In this document: piece by piece, positions 27,688 through 38,615 of the stretch
Layout: the number at the start of each line of letters is the position of its first letter
Numbering within the stretch: position 1 is the stretch's first letter
Assembly: GCA_030613505.1 (NCBI GenBank)
Contig: JAUWLW010000007.1
Coordinates: 6,360-70,359, forward strand
Reading direction: 5' to 3'
Origin: Candidatus Zixiibacteriota bacterium
GTDB lineage: Bacteria; RBG-13-66-14; B26-G2; WVWN01
Length of the DNA: 64,000 nucleotides
Program-made: the position numbers and the translations under genes
Notes under the pieces: generated by a model
What the model saw: only the letters and a program-made list of their open reading frames with translations
Told to the model about the DNA's origin: nothing
Databases searched by the model: none

Positions 27688-29022
27688 ATGAATAGGTTAA
27701 ACAAAGGATTTTTAAGTATATTGTTATTATCCTCTGGCGGGTTTTTACTTATGAACCCGGGTACCGGCCTTTGTGACGAAAAAACAGCGGTTGGAATAGA
27801 ACCGGTGGAAACGGATGAACGCGGAGCTAAAATAAAAGAAGGGGCCGAGGAACCTTATCACGTCGAAGCGGACGTCACGGAAGGTTATTATACCGCCGGC
27901 GATCAGGTCCTGCACGGCATCGGCAACGTCGTTATAGTACACGCCGGGACCACTATTACCTGCGACGAGGCATATTCGTACGAAGCGGATAAATTGGCGA
28001 CGCTTCTCGGCAACGTGACGGTAAAGAACGACGTAAAGAAATATACGTTAACCTCCGGATACGCCGAATATCGGCGCGACGATAAGCTCTCGGTGGCTAC
28101 CAAGAGCCCCAGGCTGGTCATAGAACGAGACCGGCCCATAACGATAACCGCGGATATAATGCGGATGTGGACGGACGAGGATTACAGCGAAGCCGCCGGC
28201 GACGTTAAAATAGTTTCTGAAGATGTGGAAGGTTACGGCCAGAAATTAAAATACTTTGGTAAAGAGGATAGGGTAGAATTGAGCGGAAAGCCGGTGGTAC
28301 GCCAGAAGGATAGCCGCCTGGCGGGCGACGTAATAACGCTTTTCCTCGCGGAGGAGAAGTTGCGCCGCGCCGTCGCCGAAGGCTCCGCCCGTATTTTATA
28401 TTTCTCCCGAAACGAAGAGAAAGAGGAAGAAGAAGGGACTGAGGAGGAAGCGGCTGGAGAACAAGGAGAAAGCGGGACGCCGGAACCGGCTGCGACCGCC
28501 GCCGAATCGAGTGAGGGGGCGCCGCCGACCGTCGCGACGGCCGAAGGCGAAGCGGGCGCGAGCACGGTTCCTACGGAAAAGACTGGGGTAGGCGCAGACG
28601 AAGAAGGAGAAGAACCCCCTTCCGGGCGGGTGGAGGCCGCCGGCCGGAGGATAGAAGGTTACTTCACGGACGGCATTCTCGAGCAGGTGGACATCGTCGG
28701 CGACGCAGAAGGCCACTATTGGCCTTTTGACGAGTTCGGCCGTGAGACAGGCGAACAGGTGGACGCTGTCGGCGACCTAATCCGAATAAAGATGGACGAC
28801 GGCGAGGTCAAGAAAATTATCGTGGAAGGCAACGCGGAAGGCGTATACCGACCGGCTAAAGCCGAGGGGAGAAGCGGCGTGACGCAAATGGCGGGCGACC
28901 GGATCTCGGTCTTCGTTACGGAGCGCGAAGTACGGCGCATCGTCGTCTTCGGCCGCGCCCGAGGTTCGTACTTTACGGAGGAAACGCCCGCCGCCAAAGA
29001 ACGCGAGGTTTCCGGTGGCTAG
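27688..29022 (+). CDS. Extended LptA/OstA-like beta-jellyroll protein
   Basis: Signal-like N-terminus; [36 protein letters not shown]; immediately upstream of lptB. Confidence 0.8.
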   Translation: MNRLNKGFLSILLLSSGGFLLMNPGTGLCDEKTAVGIEPVETDERGAKIKEGAEEPYHVEADVTEGYYTAGDQVLHGIGNVVIVHAGTTITCDEAYSYEADKLATLLGNVTVKNDVKKYTLTSGYAEYRRDDKLSVATKSPRLVIERDRPITITADIMRMWTDEDYSEAAGDVKIVSEDVEGYGQKLKYFGKEDRVELSGKPVVRQKDSRLAGDVITLFLAEEKLRRAVAEGSARILYFSRNEEKEEEEGTEEEAAGEQGESGTPEPAATAAESSEGAPPTVATAEGEAGASTVPTEKTGVGADEEGEEPPSGRVEAAGRRIEGYFTDGILEQVDIVGDAEGHYWPFDEFGRETGEQVDAVGDLIRIKMDDGEVKKIIVEGNAEGVYRPAKAEGRSGVTQMAGDRISVFVTEREVRRIVVFGRARGSYFTEETPAAKEREVSGG

Positions 29023-29812
29023 GGTCGCAACCGAAGATGGAATCAGGGAGGTTATTTCACCGTCGCGGGCGGCCGAAGCGAAAAAGGCCGACGCGGTTCT
29101 GAGGACCGACGACCTCGTAAAGATCTACTCCGGGCGGCGCGTGGTGGACCATGTATCAATCGACGTAAAACCGGGCGAGATCGTGGGTCTTTTGGGCCCA
29201 AACGGCGCCGGGAAGACGACTACGTTCTACATGATCGTCGGCCTCATTAAACCCAACGCCGGCAGGATATTTCTCGGCCCGAAAGAATTAACCAATTTGC
29301 CGATGTACAAACGAGCGCGGCGGGGCGTGGGTTATTTATCGCAAGAAGCGTCGATATTTAGAAAATTAAACGTCGAGGAAAACATCCTCGCCGTGCTGGA
29401 GGTCATGCATTGGAACGCTCGCGAGCGCAAACGGCGCGCTTTGGAATTGCTCAGCGTTATGGGCGTAGACCACCTGTCAAAAGCGAAAGCTTATACGCTT
29501 TCGGGCGGCGAACGCCGGCGAGTGGAAATCGCGCGTGCCCTCGCGTCGGAACCGTTGTACCTCTTGCTGGACGAACCGTTCGCCGGCATTGACCCTCTGG
29601 CCGTCGAAGACATCCAAAACATCGTTTTACAGTTGCAGAAGGCGGGGCTGGGGATCCTAATTACGGACCACAACGTCCGCGAAACCCTCGAGATAACGCA
29701 CCGCGCTTATATAATGTTCGAAGGCCAAATACTGATATCGGGCGACGCCGAAAAACTTATCAACGACCCGGAAGCTCGCAAGATTTACCTGGGCGAAAGG
29801 TTCCGTATGTAA
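29015..29812 (+). CDS. lptB: LPS export ABC transporter ATPase
   Basis: [50 protein letters not shown]. Confidence 0.96.
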   Translation: MARVATEDGIREVISPSRAAEAKKADAVLRTDDLVKIYSGRRVVDHVSIDVKPGEIVGLLGPNGAGKTTTFYMIVGLIKPNAGRIFLGPKELTNLPMYKRARRGVGYLSQEASIFRKLNVEENILAVLEVMHWNARERKRRALELLSVMGVDHLSKAKAYTLSGGERRRVEIARALASEPLYLLLDEPFAGIDPLAVEDIQNIVLQLQKAGLGILITDHNVRETLEITHRAYIMFEGQILISGDAEKLINDPEARKIYLGERFRM

Positions 29813-29836
29813 CGGCCCGGACGCTAAGCTGCCGAC

Positions 29837-31210
29837 ATGAAAATTATCCAGAGACTGGAACAACGCCAAATAATATCGCAACGACTCCAGCAGTCGCTCC
29901 GCCTCCTCACGTTGAACAATCTGGAAATAGAGGATGCCATCGAAGAAGAATTGGAAACCAACCCGGTCTTGGAATGGGAACCGAGCCTCTCCGTCGGCGA
30001 GAGCGTTCGACCTTCTCTTGCTGAGCGCGTAGAGAATATCGACTGGCAGGATTACTTCGAAAACGCGTCGCGGGGTGGATATTTTGCCGAGAGCGAAGAT
30101 GAGTTCGACCAATTCGCGTCGGCCCCCGGCACGCCCGTTACGTTGGCCGAGTATCTCATGCTTCAACTCGAAGTCTCGGGCGTCACCGATTCGGACTTCG
30201 AACTGGCGGCGGGCATTATTTCGGCGCTCGACCTCGACGGATATTTACGCGTTCCAGTAGCGTCCGTCGCCGAGGAGATGGGTGTAGAGCCGAGCGAAGC
30301 AGCGCGTGTTTTAATCAAAATCGTCCAGAACCTCGAACCCCGCGGGGTGGGCGCGCGCGATCTTAGAGAAGCGCTATTCTTACAATACCAAGAGGTTAGC
30401 GACGAGGCGCCGCCGCTGGCAGGCGTAATAATCGACAAATATTTAGAACAAACCGTAACCAAATCACCGTCGGAGCTAGCGGCCAAATTTAAGGTATCAC
30501 AGCCGGAAGTGGAAGAAGCGATCGATTTCATAAAAAGCCTCGAGCCTCGCCCGGGCAGGGCTTTCGGCGGCGAGACAAACCCGTCCCTAATTCCCGACGT
30601 TCGCATCGAGCTTGTCGCGGGAAACGTCGAAATTACGCTGTTGGACGACAGGGTCGGGCGCCTATACATAAGCCCACGCTACCGCGCGTTGCTGGCCGGC
30701 GACGGCGACCCGGACCAGGAAACCGTTCGCTTTTTAAAAAACCGTTTGACGGCCGCGGCGTCGTTCATCCGCGCCATCCACCAGCGACGCCGCACCCTTG
30801 AGCGGGTGGTCGCCGCTATATTTAAACGCCAACGCGAGTTCCTCGTCGTCGGCGAGCCCGGCCTTAAACCCCTTACGATGGAGGAAATAGCGGAACAAGT
30901 CGGTTTCCACGTCTCTACGGTCTCCCGGGCCGTCGCGCGAAAAGTGGCGGATACGCCCCCGGGCGTTTATCTCTTGAAGTACTTCTTTACGGGACGTGTT
31001 CAGGCGGCCGAAGGGCCGGTATCGGTGAAACGCGTCAAAGCCGTACTGGAAGATATTATCGAGGACGAGAATAAAAACACGCCGCTGTCGGACGAAGAAT
31101 TGGCCGCGGAGCTATCCGAACGCGGCATACGCGTTGCGAGGCGGACGGTCGCGAAGTATCGCCGAGAGCTTAAAATCCCCGGAAAATATGGTAGGATGCA
31201 GAGAGTGTGA
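29837..31210 (+). CDS. rpoN: RNA polymerase sigma-54 factor
   Basis: Gln/Leu-rich region I, GVGARDLREAL, HVSTVSRAV, RpoN box ARRTVAKYR. Confidence 0.96.
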   Translation: MKIIQRLEQRQIISQRLQQSLRLLTLNNLEIEDAIEEELETNPVLEWEPSLSVGESVRPSLAERVENIDWQDYFENASRGGYFAESEDEFDQFASAPGTPVTLAEYLMLQLEVSGVTDSDFELAAGIISALDLDGYLRVPVASVAEEMGVEPSEAARVLIKIVQNLEPRGVGARDLREALFLQYQEVSDEAPPLAGVIIDKYLEQTVTKSPSELAAKFKVSQPEVEEAIDFIKSLEPRPGRAFGGETNPSLIPDVRIELVAGNVEITLLDDRVGRLYISPRYRALLAGDGDPDQETVRFLKNRLTAAASFIRAIHQRRRTLERVVAAIFKRQREFLVVGEPGLKPLTMEEIAEQVGFHVSTVSRAVARKVADTPPGVYLLKYFFTGRVQAAEGPVSVKRVKAVLEDIIEDENKNTPLSDEELAAELSERGIRVARRTVAKYRRELKIPGKYGRMQRV

Positions 31211-32531
31211 CGTAGCCATTGTGGGCGGCGGCCCGGCGGGTTACCCGGCCGCGGTACGTGCCGCCCGGCTCGGCGCCGACGTCGTTTTAGTGGAGACGGG
31301 TCGTTTGGGCGGGACTTGCCTTAACGTCGGCTGTATTCCAACGAAGTTTTATTGCCGGCGCAGCGCTACCGATACCCGTCCCTGGCGCGACGTCGTCGCC
31401 GATAAGGACAAACTGGTCGACGAGCTCGTCGCGGGAATTGAATTCCTGTTCGCAAAGCGCGGCGTAGAGTTCGTACGTGGGCGGGGTCGTCTGGCCGGCG
31501 ACGGCGAGGTTGCCGTCGACGGCGACGCGAATTTCGTAATAAAAGCGCGGAAAGGGATATTGTACGCGCCCGGTTCCGTGACGCTGTCTCTTCCGGTGAT
31601 GCCGGTCGACCACCGGCTCGTCCTGGAGAGCGACGACCTTGTCGATTCGCCGCTCGATTTTAAAAGCCTCGTAGTCGTAGGCGGCGGCGCCATAGGGCTC
31701 GAGTGGGCTACTATATGCCGACGGCGCGGCGTCGAAGTGACCGTGGTAGAGATGATGCCTCAGGTTCTACCGGGGCTCGACGCGGACGTCGCGCGGCGCC
31801 TTGCCGGCCTTATGAAACGCGCAGGCGTCAAGATAATGTTGGACGCCAAAGTAGAGAAGCTGGAAAAGCGCGGCGACGGCGTCGCCGTCTGCCTATCGGA
31901 CGGCCGGGTGCTGGAGGCGGAAAGGGCGCTGTTCGCCGTGGGCCGGCAGGCGAATATCGACGAAGAGGAACTTCGGTCGGTAGGCGTAGAGAGCGACTGT
32001 CGCCGCATCAAAACGACACCGGCGATGGCGACCACGGCCGAAGGCATCTGGGCCGCGGGCGACGCCGCCGGCGTCGGGCCGATGTTGGCGCACGTCGCCA
32101 CTCGGCAAGGCTTAGCGGCGGTGGAGAATATGCTGGGCGGCCACAAAGAGATGGACTACGACCGCGTACCTTGGGCCGTCTTCTCGGACCCGGAGGCGGC
32201 GGGCGTGGGTTTGAACGCGAACCACGCCCGGGAACGCGGCATCGCCGCGCGGGAGGGGAAGGCCGACTACCGGGCGTTGGGGCGCCCGCGCGCCGACGGT
32301 TTCGTCGACGGCTTTTTTAAAATCCTGGCGGTGGAAGAGGACGGTAAGATATTGGGCGCCCACGCCGTCGGCCACGACGCCGCGGAAATCGTCCAAATCG
32401 TGTCCGCGGCTATGGCGTGCAACGCGAGCGTGACTGAGCTTGGTGAATTCATAGCCATACACCCAACGTACGCCGAGCTGGTCGCGGAAGCCTTGGAGGA
32501 CTGGCAGGGCTTGGCGACGCATAAGCCTTAA
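31188..32531 (+). CDS. lpdA: Dihydrolipoamide dehydrogenase
   Basis: GGGPAGY, GGTCLNVGCIPTK, GGGAIGLE, HPTYAE. Confidence 0.88.
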   Translation: MVGCRECDVAIVGGGPAGYPAAVRAARLGADVVLVETGRLGGTCLNVGCIPTKFYCRRSATDTRPWRDVVADKDKLVDELVAGIEFLFAKRGVEFVRGRGRLAGDGEVAVDGDANFVIKARKGILYAPGSVTLSLPVMPVDHRLVLESDDLVDSPLDFKSLVVVGGGAIGLEWATICRRRGVEVTVVEMMPQVLPGLDADVARRLAGLMKRAGVKIMLDAKVEKLEKRGDGVAVCLSDGRVLEAERALFAVGRQANIDEEELRSVGVESDCRRIKTTPAMATTAEGIWAAGDAAGVGPMLAHVATRQGLAAVENMLGGHKEMDYDRVPWAVFSDPEAAGVGLNANHARERGIAAREGKADYRALGRPRADGFVDGFFKILAVEEDGKILGAHAVGHDAAEIVQIVSAAMACNASVTELGEFIAIHPTYAELVAEALEDWQGLATHKP

Positions 32532-32534
32532 ACT

Positions 32535-33419
32535 TTGCGAACGTACGAGAGCGAACGTATTCCCGCGTGGTTGCGACGGCCCGTAACCGACCGCGTCGGC
32601 CGGGGGCCCGCGCGCCGCGCCGTTGCGGAGGTGAACACCGTATGCCAGGAAGCCCGGTGTCCGAACCGCGGCCGGTGTATGGGGGAGGATAGAACGGCTG
32701 CTTTTCTGCTAATGGGGCCCGGTTGTTCGCGCGATTGCCGGTTTTGCTCGGTGTCGCACGGCCCTAAATTCCTTGACCCGGGGGAGCCGGAGAAAGTCGC
32801 CCGGGCCGCGGCCGCACTCGAGCTGGAGTACGTCGTCCTCACCTCCACTACCCGCGACGACCTGGCCGACGGCGGCGCGGACCACGTAACCGCGACCGTC
32901 GAAGCCGTCCGCGCTACGGTGGCCGACGCCGACGTCGAAGTATTGGCGCCGGACTTCGCGGGGACTCGCCGCTCCGTAAACCGGGTGGCGTCGGCGCCGA
33001 TAGCGGTGTTCGGCCACAACGTCGAGACCGTACCGCGTTTGTACGGCGGCGTTCGGCCGGGAGCCGAATACAAACGGTCGCTAAACGTATTAGCGTGGGC
33101 GGCGGAAGCCGGCGCGTTGACGAAGTCGGCCTTGCTAGTAGGTCTGGGCGAAGAGAAGGATGAAGTTTGCGCCGTTTTACGGGATTTACGGTCGGTCGGC
33201 GTTTCGATCGTCGCGATAGGGCAGTACTTCAGGCCGACCACGCGCCAACTAGCGGTAGCTCGCTTCTGGGGACCTCGAGCTTTCGAGGAACTCGAGGCGA
33301 CGGCACGCACGATGGGCTTCTTGGACGCGGCTTGCGCTCCGTACGTTCGTTCCTCGTACCAGGCCGGTAGCATATATCGCCGCGTAAACGGCGCCCGCCC
33401 GAAATCCGCCGCCGCTTGA
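32535..33419 (+). CDS. lipA: Lipoyl synthase
   Basis: CQEARCPNRGRC, CSRDCRFC, HNVETV, VRSSY. Confidence 0.95.
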   Translation: MRTYESERIPAWLRRPVTDRVGRGPARRAVAEVNTVCQEARCPNRGRCMGEDRTAAFLLMGPGCSRDCRFCSVSHGPKFLDPGEPEKVARAAAALELEYVVLTSTTRDDLADGGADHVTATVEAVRATVADADVEVLAPDFAGTRRSVNRVASAPIAVFGHNVETVPRLYGGVRPGAEYKRSLNVLAWAAEAGALTKSALLVGLGEEKDEVCAVLRDLRSVGVSIVAIGQYFRPTTRQLAVARFWGPRAFEELEATARTMGFLDAACAPYVRSSYQAGSIYRRVNGARPKSAAA

Positions 33420-33513
33420 AAATAATACCGTGGCTATGTTAAACTAGGTTCCGGTGACGCCGATTTTTACCCTTTGCCACCGTAATATTTAGCATTAGAT
33501 GGAGGTCGTACAC

Positions 33514-34053
33514 GTGGGGTTGCAGATTACCGGGAAGCGCGTCGACGTTACGGACGCGATGAAAATTTATATCGGTAAAAAGATAGGTAAAATTACGAAA
33601 AGGCTTAGGGAAGTCCAGGATGTCATCGTAACGTTGAGGATAGAGAGGTACCATCATATCGCCGAGATTACTATCGTGGCCGACTATTTGACGATAAGGG
33701 GCGAGGGCAATACCGCCGACATGTATTCGTCCATAGATATAGCTTCCAACAAGATCGAAAAACAGATAAGGAAGTACCGCAGTAGGATCCAGAGCCGCCG
33801 CGTTGCACGTCCCGAAAAAATACGCGAGGCCGTTATGACGGTATACGACCATCAGGCCATGGCGAGGGAACAGGACACGCGCGTTATCGTCAGCGTTGAT
33901 AAGATACCGGTGAAACCTATGACCGTGGAGGAAGCGGTCATGGAAATGGATCTAATGAGCCAGGATTTTTTAGTATTTAAAAACGCAGAAACGGATGAGG
34001 TAAGCGTTATCTACCACCGCCGCGACGGCAACATCGGCTTAATTGAACCTTAA
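33514..34053 (+). CDS. hpf: Ribosome hibernation promoting factor (long HPF)
   Basis: ITGKRVDVT, DMYSSID, KPMTVEEA, YHRRDGNIGLIEP; GGAGG before GTG 33514. Confidence 0.93.
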   Translation: MGLQITGKRVDVTDAMKIYIGKKIGKITKRLREVQDVIVTLRIERYHHIAEITIVADYLTIRGEGNTADMYSSIDIASNKIEKQIRKYRSRIQSRRVARPEKIREAVMTVYDHQAMAREQDTRVIVSVDKIPVKPMTVEEAVMEMDLMSQDFLVFKNAETDEVSVIYHRRDGNIGLIEP

Positions 34054-34113
34054 GGCCGGGACGCTGCCGTCGATGCGCCCTTCGGGCGTACTGAAATGTG
34101 AGGTGACTTAGCC

Positions 34114-34572
34114 GTGAAGATTTCGGATTTCGTCGATCCAAGTGGTATAAAATTGGAGATAGCAGCCCAGGATAAAGACGGTGTCCTCCGTGAGCTCGTC
34201 GCGCTAGCTGCCGAAACCGGCAAAATAAACGACGAATTAGCGATCTTGAAAGCGGTGCGGGAGAGGGAAAACCTGTGCAGTACCGGGTTTGAGAACGGCG
34301 CCGCGATACCGCACCCGCGCCAAGGCCATCCCGACGTCGTCAAAGAATTGGTCGCCGTGTTCGCCCGCTCGTCAGAGGGAATCGACTTCGAAGCGCTCGA
34401 CGAGAAGCCCGTACATTTATTCTTTCTCCTCTGCGCGCCCACTGACAGCGAACATCTCCGGGCGCTGGCTAAGCTTTCGCGCTTCCTCAAAAAGGAAGCC
34501 GTTCGCAAAAGGCTCTTGGAGGCGAAAACGCCGGACGATATATTGGCGGCAATAAAAGAGGAAGAGGTCTAA
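34114..34572 (+). CDS. ptsN: PTS IIA (Ntr/fructose-type)
   Basis: ERENLCSTG..GAAIPH, GIDFEALD.KPVHLFF, HLRALA. Confidence 0.88.
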   Translation: MKISDFVDPSGIKLEIAAQDKDGVLRELVALAAETGKINDELAILKAVRERENLCSTGFENGAAIPHPRQGHPDVVKELVAVFARSSEGIDFEALDEKPVHLFFLLCAPTDSEHLRALAKLSRFLKKEAVRKRLLEAKTPDDILAAIKEEEV

Positions 34573-34579
34573 GGTCCGG

Positions 34580-35605
34580 ATGGCGAGACGCCGGAAGGAG
34601 ATCGTCAACGTCGAAGAATTATCTCTGGGCGGCACGAAGCCGCCCGTCGGCGTAACGGTCGGCGAAATGTTCGCCGAGATGGAGGCGACCCTCAAGTTAT
34701 CCTCGGTCGAGGACAATGGCGGGTTCGACCGGCGCGTGCGCGGCACGGAAATTAACCGGCCGGGTTTGGCCATTGCGGGTTACTTCGATCGTTTTTCGCA
34801 TCGCCAGGTGCAGGTCCTCGGCATGACGGAGCTCTCGTACTTGGCCAGTATAACCGAAAGAAAACGCTCGGATATATTCAACAAAATCACGTCGTACGAC
34901 GGTTTACCTTGCTTCGTTGTCGCGCGCGGACGGAGGCCGCCGCCGGCCCTAAAAGTCTCCGCACGTAATCGGGGAATACCCGTAGCCGTGTCGGGGCGAC
35001 GCACCACTGACGTAATAGCACTCCTCTCCGACCACCTCCGCGACAAGTTCGCCCCCCGGCTGGCCTTTCACGGCGATTTGCTCGACGTCTACGGCGTCGG
35101 CGTTCTTATCCTCGGCCCCGCCGCGGTCGGTAAAAGCGAATGCGCCTTGGATCTAATCGGCCGCGGCCATCGCATCGTTGCCGACGACGTGGTGTACGTG
35201 CGACGCCGCATAACGGGAGAACTCGTCGGCGATACCAAGGAGAGTATTCGCGAACATATAGAAATACGCGGTTTAGGCGTACTGAACGTCAAGCAATTAT
35301 TCGGCATCCGTGCCGTCCGCAAGTCGAAGAACGTGGAGCTTATCGTAAAGATCGAATTGCTGGACCCCAAAGAGGATTACGACCGTACGGGGCTCGACAG
35401 GACGGTCGTCAACATCCTCGGCATTGAAGCCCCTTTCATCGTTATTCCAGTGGTACCGGGTAAAAGCATTTCGTCGCTCGTAGAAGTCGCGGCGCTGGAC
35501 TATCTATTGAAGCGTTACGGCTTCGACGCCGCCCGCGTTTTTAACGAAAAACTACGCGCCGAAATCGCCACCAACTACCAGCCGGATAAAAAAGGAAAAC
35601 CATGA
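34580..35605 (+). CDS. hprK: HPr kinase/phosphorylase
   Basis: INRPGL, GKSECAL, GHRIVADD, EIRGLG, EVAA. Confidence 0.95.
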   Translation: MARRRKEIVNVEELSLGGTKPPVGVTVGEMFAEMEATLKLSSVEDNGGFDRRVRGTEINRPGLAIAGYFDRFSHRQVQVLGMTELSYLASITERKRSDIFNKITSYDGLPCFVVARGRRPPPALKVSARNRGIPVAVSGRRTTDVIALLSDHLRDKFAPRLAFHGDLLDVYGVGVLILGPAAVGKSECALDLIGRGHRIVADDVVYVRRRITGELVGDTKESIREHIEIRGLGVLNVKQLFGIRAVRKSKNVELIVKIELLDPKEDYDRTGLDRTVVNILGIEAPFIVIPVVPGKSISSLVEVAALDYLLKRYGFDAARVFNEKLRAEIATNYQPDKKGKP

Positions 35606-36024
35606 CCGGAATCATAATCGTCGCCCACGGCGAGTTGGCCGGCGAGCTAGTAAATTCGGTCGCAATGATAATGGGACGCGTTCCCTTGTTGCGGGCCGTA
35701 GGTCTCGGCAGCGACCAGAGCCTGGACGACTTAAAGCGCGAAATTGAAGAGGCGTGGCAAGAGCTCGAGCGCGGAGGCGCCCGACAGATCCTGGTCTTGG
35801 TCGACATGTTCGGCGGCTCTTGCTCGAACGTAGCGGCGCGTCTCGTCTGCGACAGCGAACCGGGGCAAATCGCCGTCGTAACGGGCGTTAACCTTCCCAT
35901 GGTTTTGGAGGCGTCCATCGACCGCGACCTGTATCAATTGAAGGATTTAGTGGATAAGGTAGTGAAAGCCGGTAGGAAATCCATCGTCGACGTCCGGGCC
36001 GTTCTGGCCGAAAAACTCCGTTAA
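35602..36024 (+). CDS. PTS mannose-class IIA
   Basis: IIVAHG (phospho-His), DMFGGS, GVNLPM. Confidence 0.93.
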   Translation: MTGIIIVAHGELAGELVNSVAMIMGRVPLLRAVGLGSDQSLDDLKREIEEAWQELERGGARQILVLVDMFGGSCSNVAARLVCDSEPGQIAVVTGVNLPMVLEASIDRDLYQLKDLVDKVVKAGRKSIVDVRAVLAEKLR

Positions 36025-36047
36025 GTGACGTCGAGCGTCCGTTAAAG

Positions 36048-36533
36048 ATGGGCGTCTTATTGTACAGGGTAGACGACCGTTTGATACACGGCCAGGTCGT
36101 CGTCGGTTGGGGGCGTTTTCTAAAGATCAATTCTATACTGGTATGCAGTGAACGGGTAGCGGACGACGAATTGGCTCGTACGATGATGGAGATGGGCGCG
36201 CCGGCGGACGTCAAGGTAGAGGTGCTACGGCCGAAGGAGGCCGCGGCGAAGCTCAACCGCGACGCCTTCGCCGAGCGCGACGCCATCGTACTTTTCGAAA
36301 CGCCGGCCGACGCCCTCTACCTTTTAAATATGAACGTAAAAATCGAGAAGTTAAACATCGGCGGTATGCACTTCCGCCCCGGGAAACGGCAGATAATGGA
36401 AAGCGTTTCGGTGGACAAAGAAGACTGCCGGGCGCTCCACGAACTCTCCGCCCGGAACGTCGAGGTTTACTTCCAGATGGTACCGCAAGCCCGGCCGGTA
36501 GAGATCATTTCGAAGCTGCCGTGCGACCTATGA
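36048..36533 (+). CDS. PTS mannose-class IIB
   Basis: RVDDRLIHGQV, LNIGGM. Confidence 0.95.
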   Translation: MGVLLYRVDDRLIHGQVVVGWGRFLKINSILVCSERVADDELARTMMEMGAPADVKVEVLRPKEAAAKLNRDAFAERDAIVLFETPADALYLLNMNVKIEKLNIGGMHFRPGKRQIMESVSVDKEDCRALHELSARNVEVYFQMVPQARPVEIISKLPCDL

Positions 36534-38611
36534 ACGGCCCGCCGTCGAGGCTGAGCGAAACGTTTGGAGAGCGGGACGGGCGGTTAATATTCGCCTTCGC
36601 GGTACACGACCATCAACCCGTCGGCAACTTCCCGGAAGTCGTAGCGCGCGTTCACGAACGTGCGTACGCACCCTTCTTCGAAGTCGTAAAGCGGCACCCC
36701 TGCGTCAAGTTCTCGCTTCATATATCGGGGGCCTTATTAGAGTGGATGGAGAGCGAAGCGCCGGACGCGGTTACCGCGATCAGGGAAATGGTGGCGGAAG
36801 GACAGTGCGAAATACTGACGGGCACGTATTACGAAGCCCTTGCGCCGGTGGCACCCGAGCACGACGTTAAAAGCTCGATCGTCGCGTACGCCGCCAAATT
36901 AGCGAACGTTTTCGGCGCTGAAACCGGGGGAATGTGGCTTGCCGAAAGGGTTTACGAGCCGCACTTGCCGAGCATCTTGGCCGACGCCAACGTACGCTAT
37001 ACGGCCTTGGACGATTGGCATTTTCGGACCGCGGGGATCGCGCCCGACGAGCTCGACCGTCCGTGGTTGGCCGAGCACCAGGGCGCGACCGTGACGGCGT
37101 GCCCCATATCGGAACGCTTGCGGTACTCGGTACCGTTCGCACCGGCGGGCGAAGTTATCGGTTACCTCAGAGAATTATACGAAGCGGGGGCGCGGATGGC
37201 GTGCCTCGCCGACGACGGCGAAAAATTCGGCGAGTGGCCCGGCACTCATAAACTCTGCTACGAGGACGGTTGGTTGGACGCATTCTTCGCGGCGCTAGCT
37301 GACAACGGCGATTGGCTGCGCGTAACAACGTTGGGAGAGGCGGTCGCCGCCGTACCCGCCGCGGGCCCCGCGTACCTTCCGGCAACCTCATACCGAGAGA
37401 TGACGCGTTGGGCCTTGCCGACCGAAACGCAGCGGCGCCTCGAGCGATTGGGGCCCGACTTTGCCGCCAGCGACCTGGTTACGGGGGGCGGGTTCCGCTC
37501 TTTCTTCCAGAAGTACGCCGAAGTTAACTTCTTCCACAAGCGAGTCCAAGAAGTTAGTCGGCGTTTGGAAGAGGTAGACGACCGCCCCGATATGCAAGCG
37601 GACCGGATCCGGCGCCACCTTTGGCGGGCGGAAGCCAACGATGCCTATTGGCACGGTGTCTTCGGCGGCTTCTACTTACCGCATCTCCGCCGGGGCGTTA
37701 AAAACGAACTCGTCCGCGCCGAAGAGATGCTCGACCATTATTTAGGAACTTCGGCGAGCGAGCAAATAGGCGACTTGGACGCAGACGGCGTGGCCGAAAT
37801 CACGTTGAAGAACGAAAACGTCGTGGCTGTGCTTACGGCACAGGGTTTAGCGGCGGTGGAATTCACGCGGCGTTCGCCGCCGGCCGTTCTGACCGACGTT
37901 CCGGCCAGGCGCCCCGAACCTTATCACGATAAGCTGGTAGCGCTCGAAGACGGCGGCGACGGCGCGCCGAAGACAATACACGCGCCGCACCGTGTCAAAG
38001 AATCCGGCCTTGAAAATTACCTCATTTACGACCGGCATCCTAAAAGGTTATTCCTGGAGCGCCTGTTCGAAGGCGATGCGGACGCCGAGGCGTACGCGCG
38101 CGAGGATGCGGCTGAGTTCGTACCGTTTTCGTGGGGTAGGCCTGTTCGAGACGCCGGCGGTTGGCGCGTCCGCGGCGCGCTTAACGCCAGGCCGCGCGCG
38201 ACGGTAGAAGTGGATAAAAAAATCGCGCTATCCGAACGGGGCCTTGCTTTGAACTACCTATTTTCCACGAAACTCTCTAAGCCGACGATCCTTGGGATAG
38301 AATTAACTTTAAATATTAGGTCCGAATCGCCTGGTCACGCGTTTCTTAGAAGCCGTGGCGAGTTCGGGTGTAACGACGTTTTCGCGGCTCCCGAAGAGAC
38401 AGCGTTCGTGATAGCCGACCGCCTCGCCGAATGGGAGATAACTTTAACGCTCGAGCCCGCCTACGCGCTGTGGCACGCGCCGATATATACCGTCAATCGT
38501 TCAGAGTGCGGTTTCGAAAAGGTTTACCAAGGGTCGTCTTTTTTCTTTTGGCGGCGGCAACCGGAAGGCGATAGCAGCTTCGAAAGTAGCATCGCATTAA
38601 AGGTCAGCTGA
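36530..38611 (+). CDS. GH57 4-alpha-glucanotransferase/alpha-amylase
   Basis: HDHQPVGN, WLAERV (nucleophile), DDGEKFG (acid/base), NDAYWHGVFGG, SECGFEKVYQG; ATGA overlap with IIB. Confidence 0.92.
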   Translation: MNGPPSRLSETFGERDGRLIFAFAVHDHQPVGNFPEVVARVHERAYAPFFEVVKRHPCVKFSLHISGALLEWMESEAPDAVTAIREMVAEGQCEILTGTYYEALAPVAPEHDVKSSIVAYAAKLANVFGAETGGMWLAERVYEPHLPSILADANVRYTALDDWHFRTAGIAPDELDRPWLAEHQGATVTACPISERLRYSVPFAPAGEVIGYLRELYEAGARMACLADDGEKFGEWPGTHKLCYEDGWLDAFFAALADNGDWLRVTTLGEAVAAVPAAGPAYLPATSYREMTRWALPTETQRRLERLGPDFAASDLVTGGGFRSFFQKYAEVNFFHKRVQEVSRRLEEVDDRPDMQADRIRRHLWRAEANDAYWHGVFGGFYLPHLRRGVKNELVRAEEMLDHYLGTSASEQIGDLDADGVAEITLKNENVVAVLTAQGLAAVEFTRRSPPAVLTDVPARRPEPYHDKLVALEDGGDGAPKTIHAPHRVKESGLENYLIYDRHPKRLFLERLFEGDADAEAYAREDAAEFVPFSWGRPVRDAGGWRVRGALNARPRATVEVDKKIALSERGLALNYLFSTKLSKPTILGIELTLNIRSESPGHAFLRSRGEFGCNDVFAAPEETAFVIADRLAEWEITLTLEPAYALWHAPIYTVNRSECGFEKVYQGSSFFFWRRQPEGDSSFESSIALKVS

Positions 38612-38615
38612 GGAA

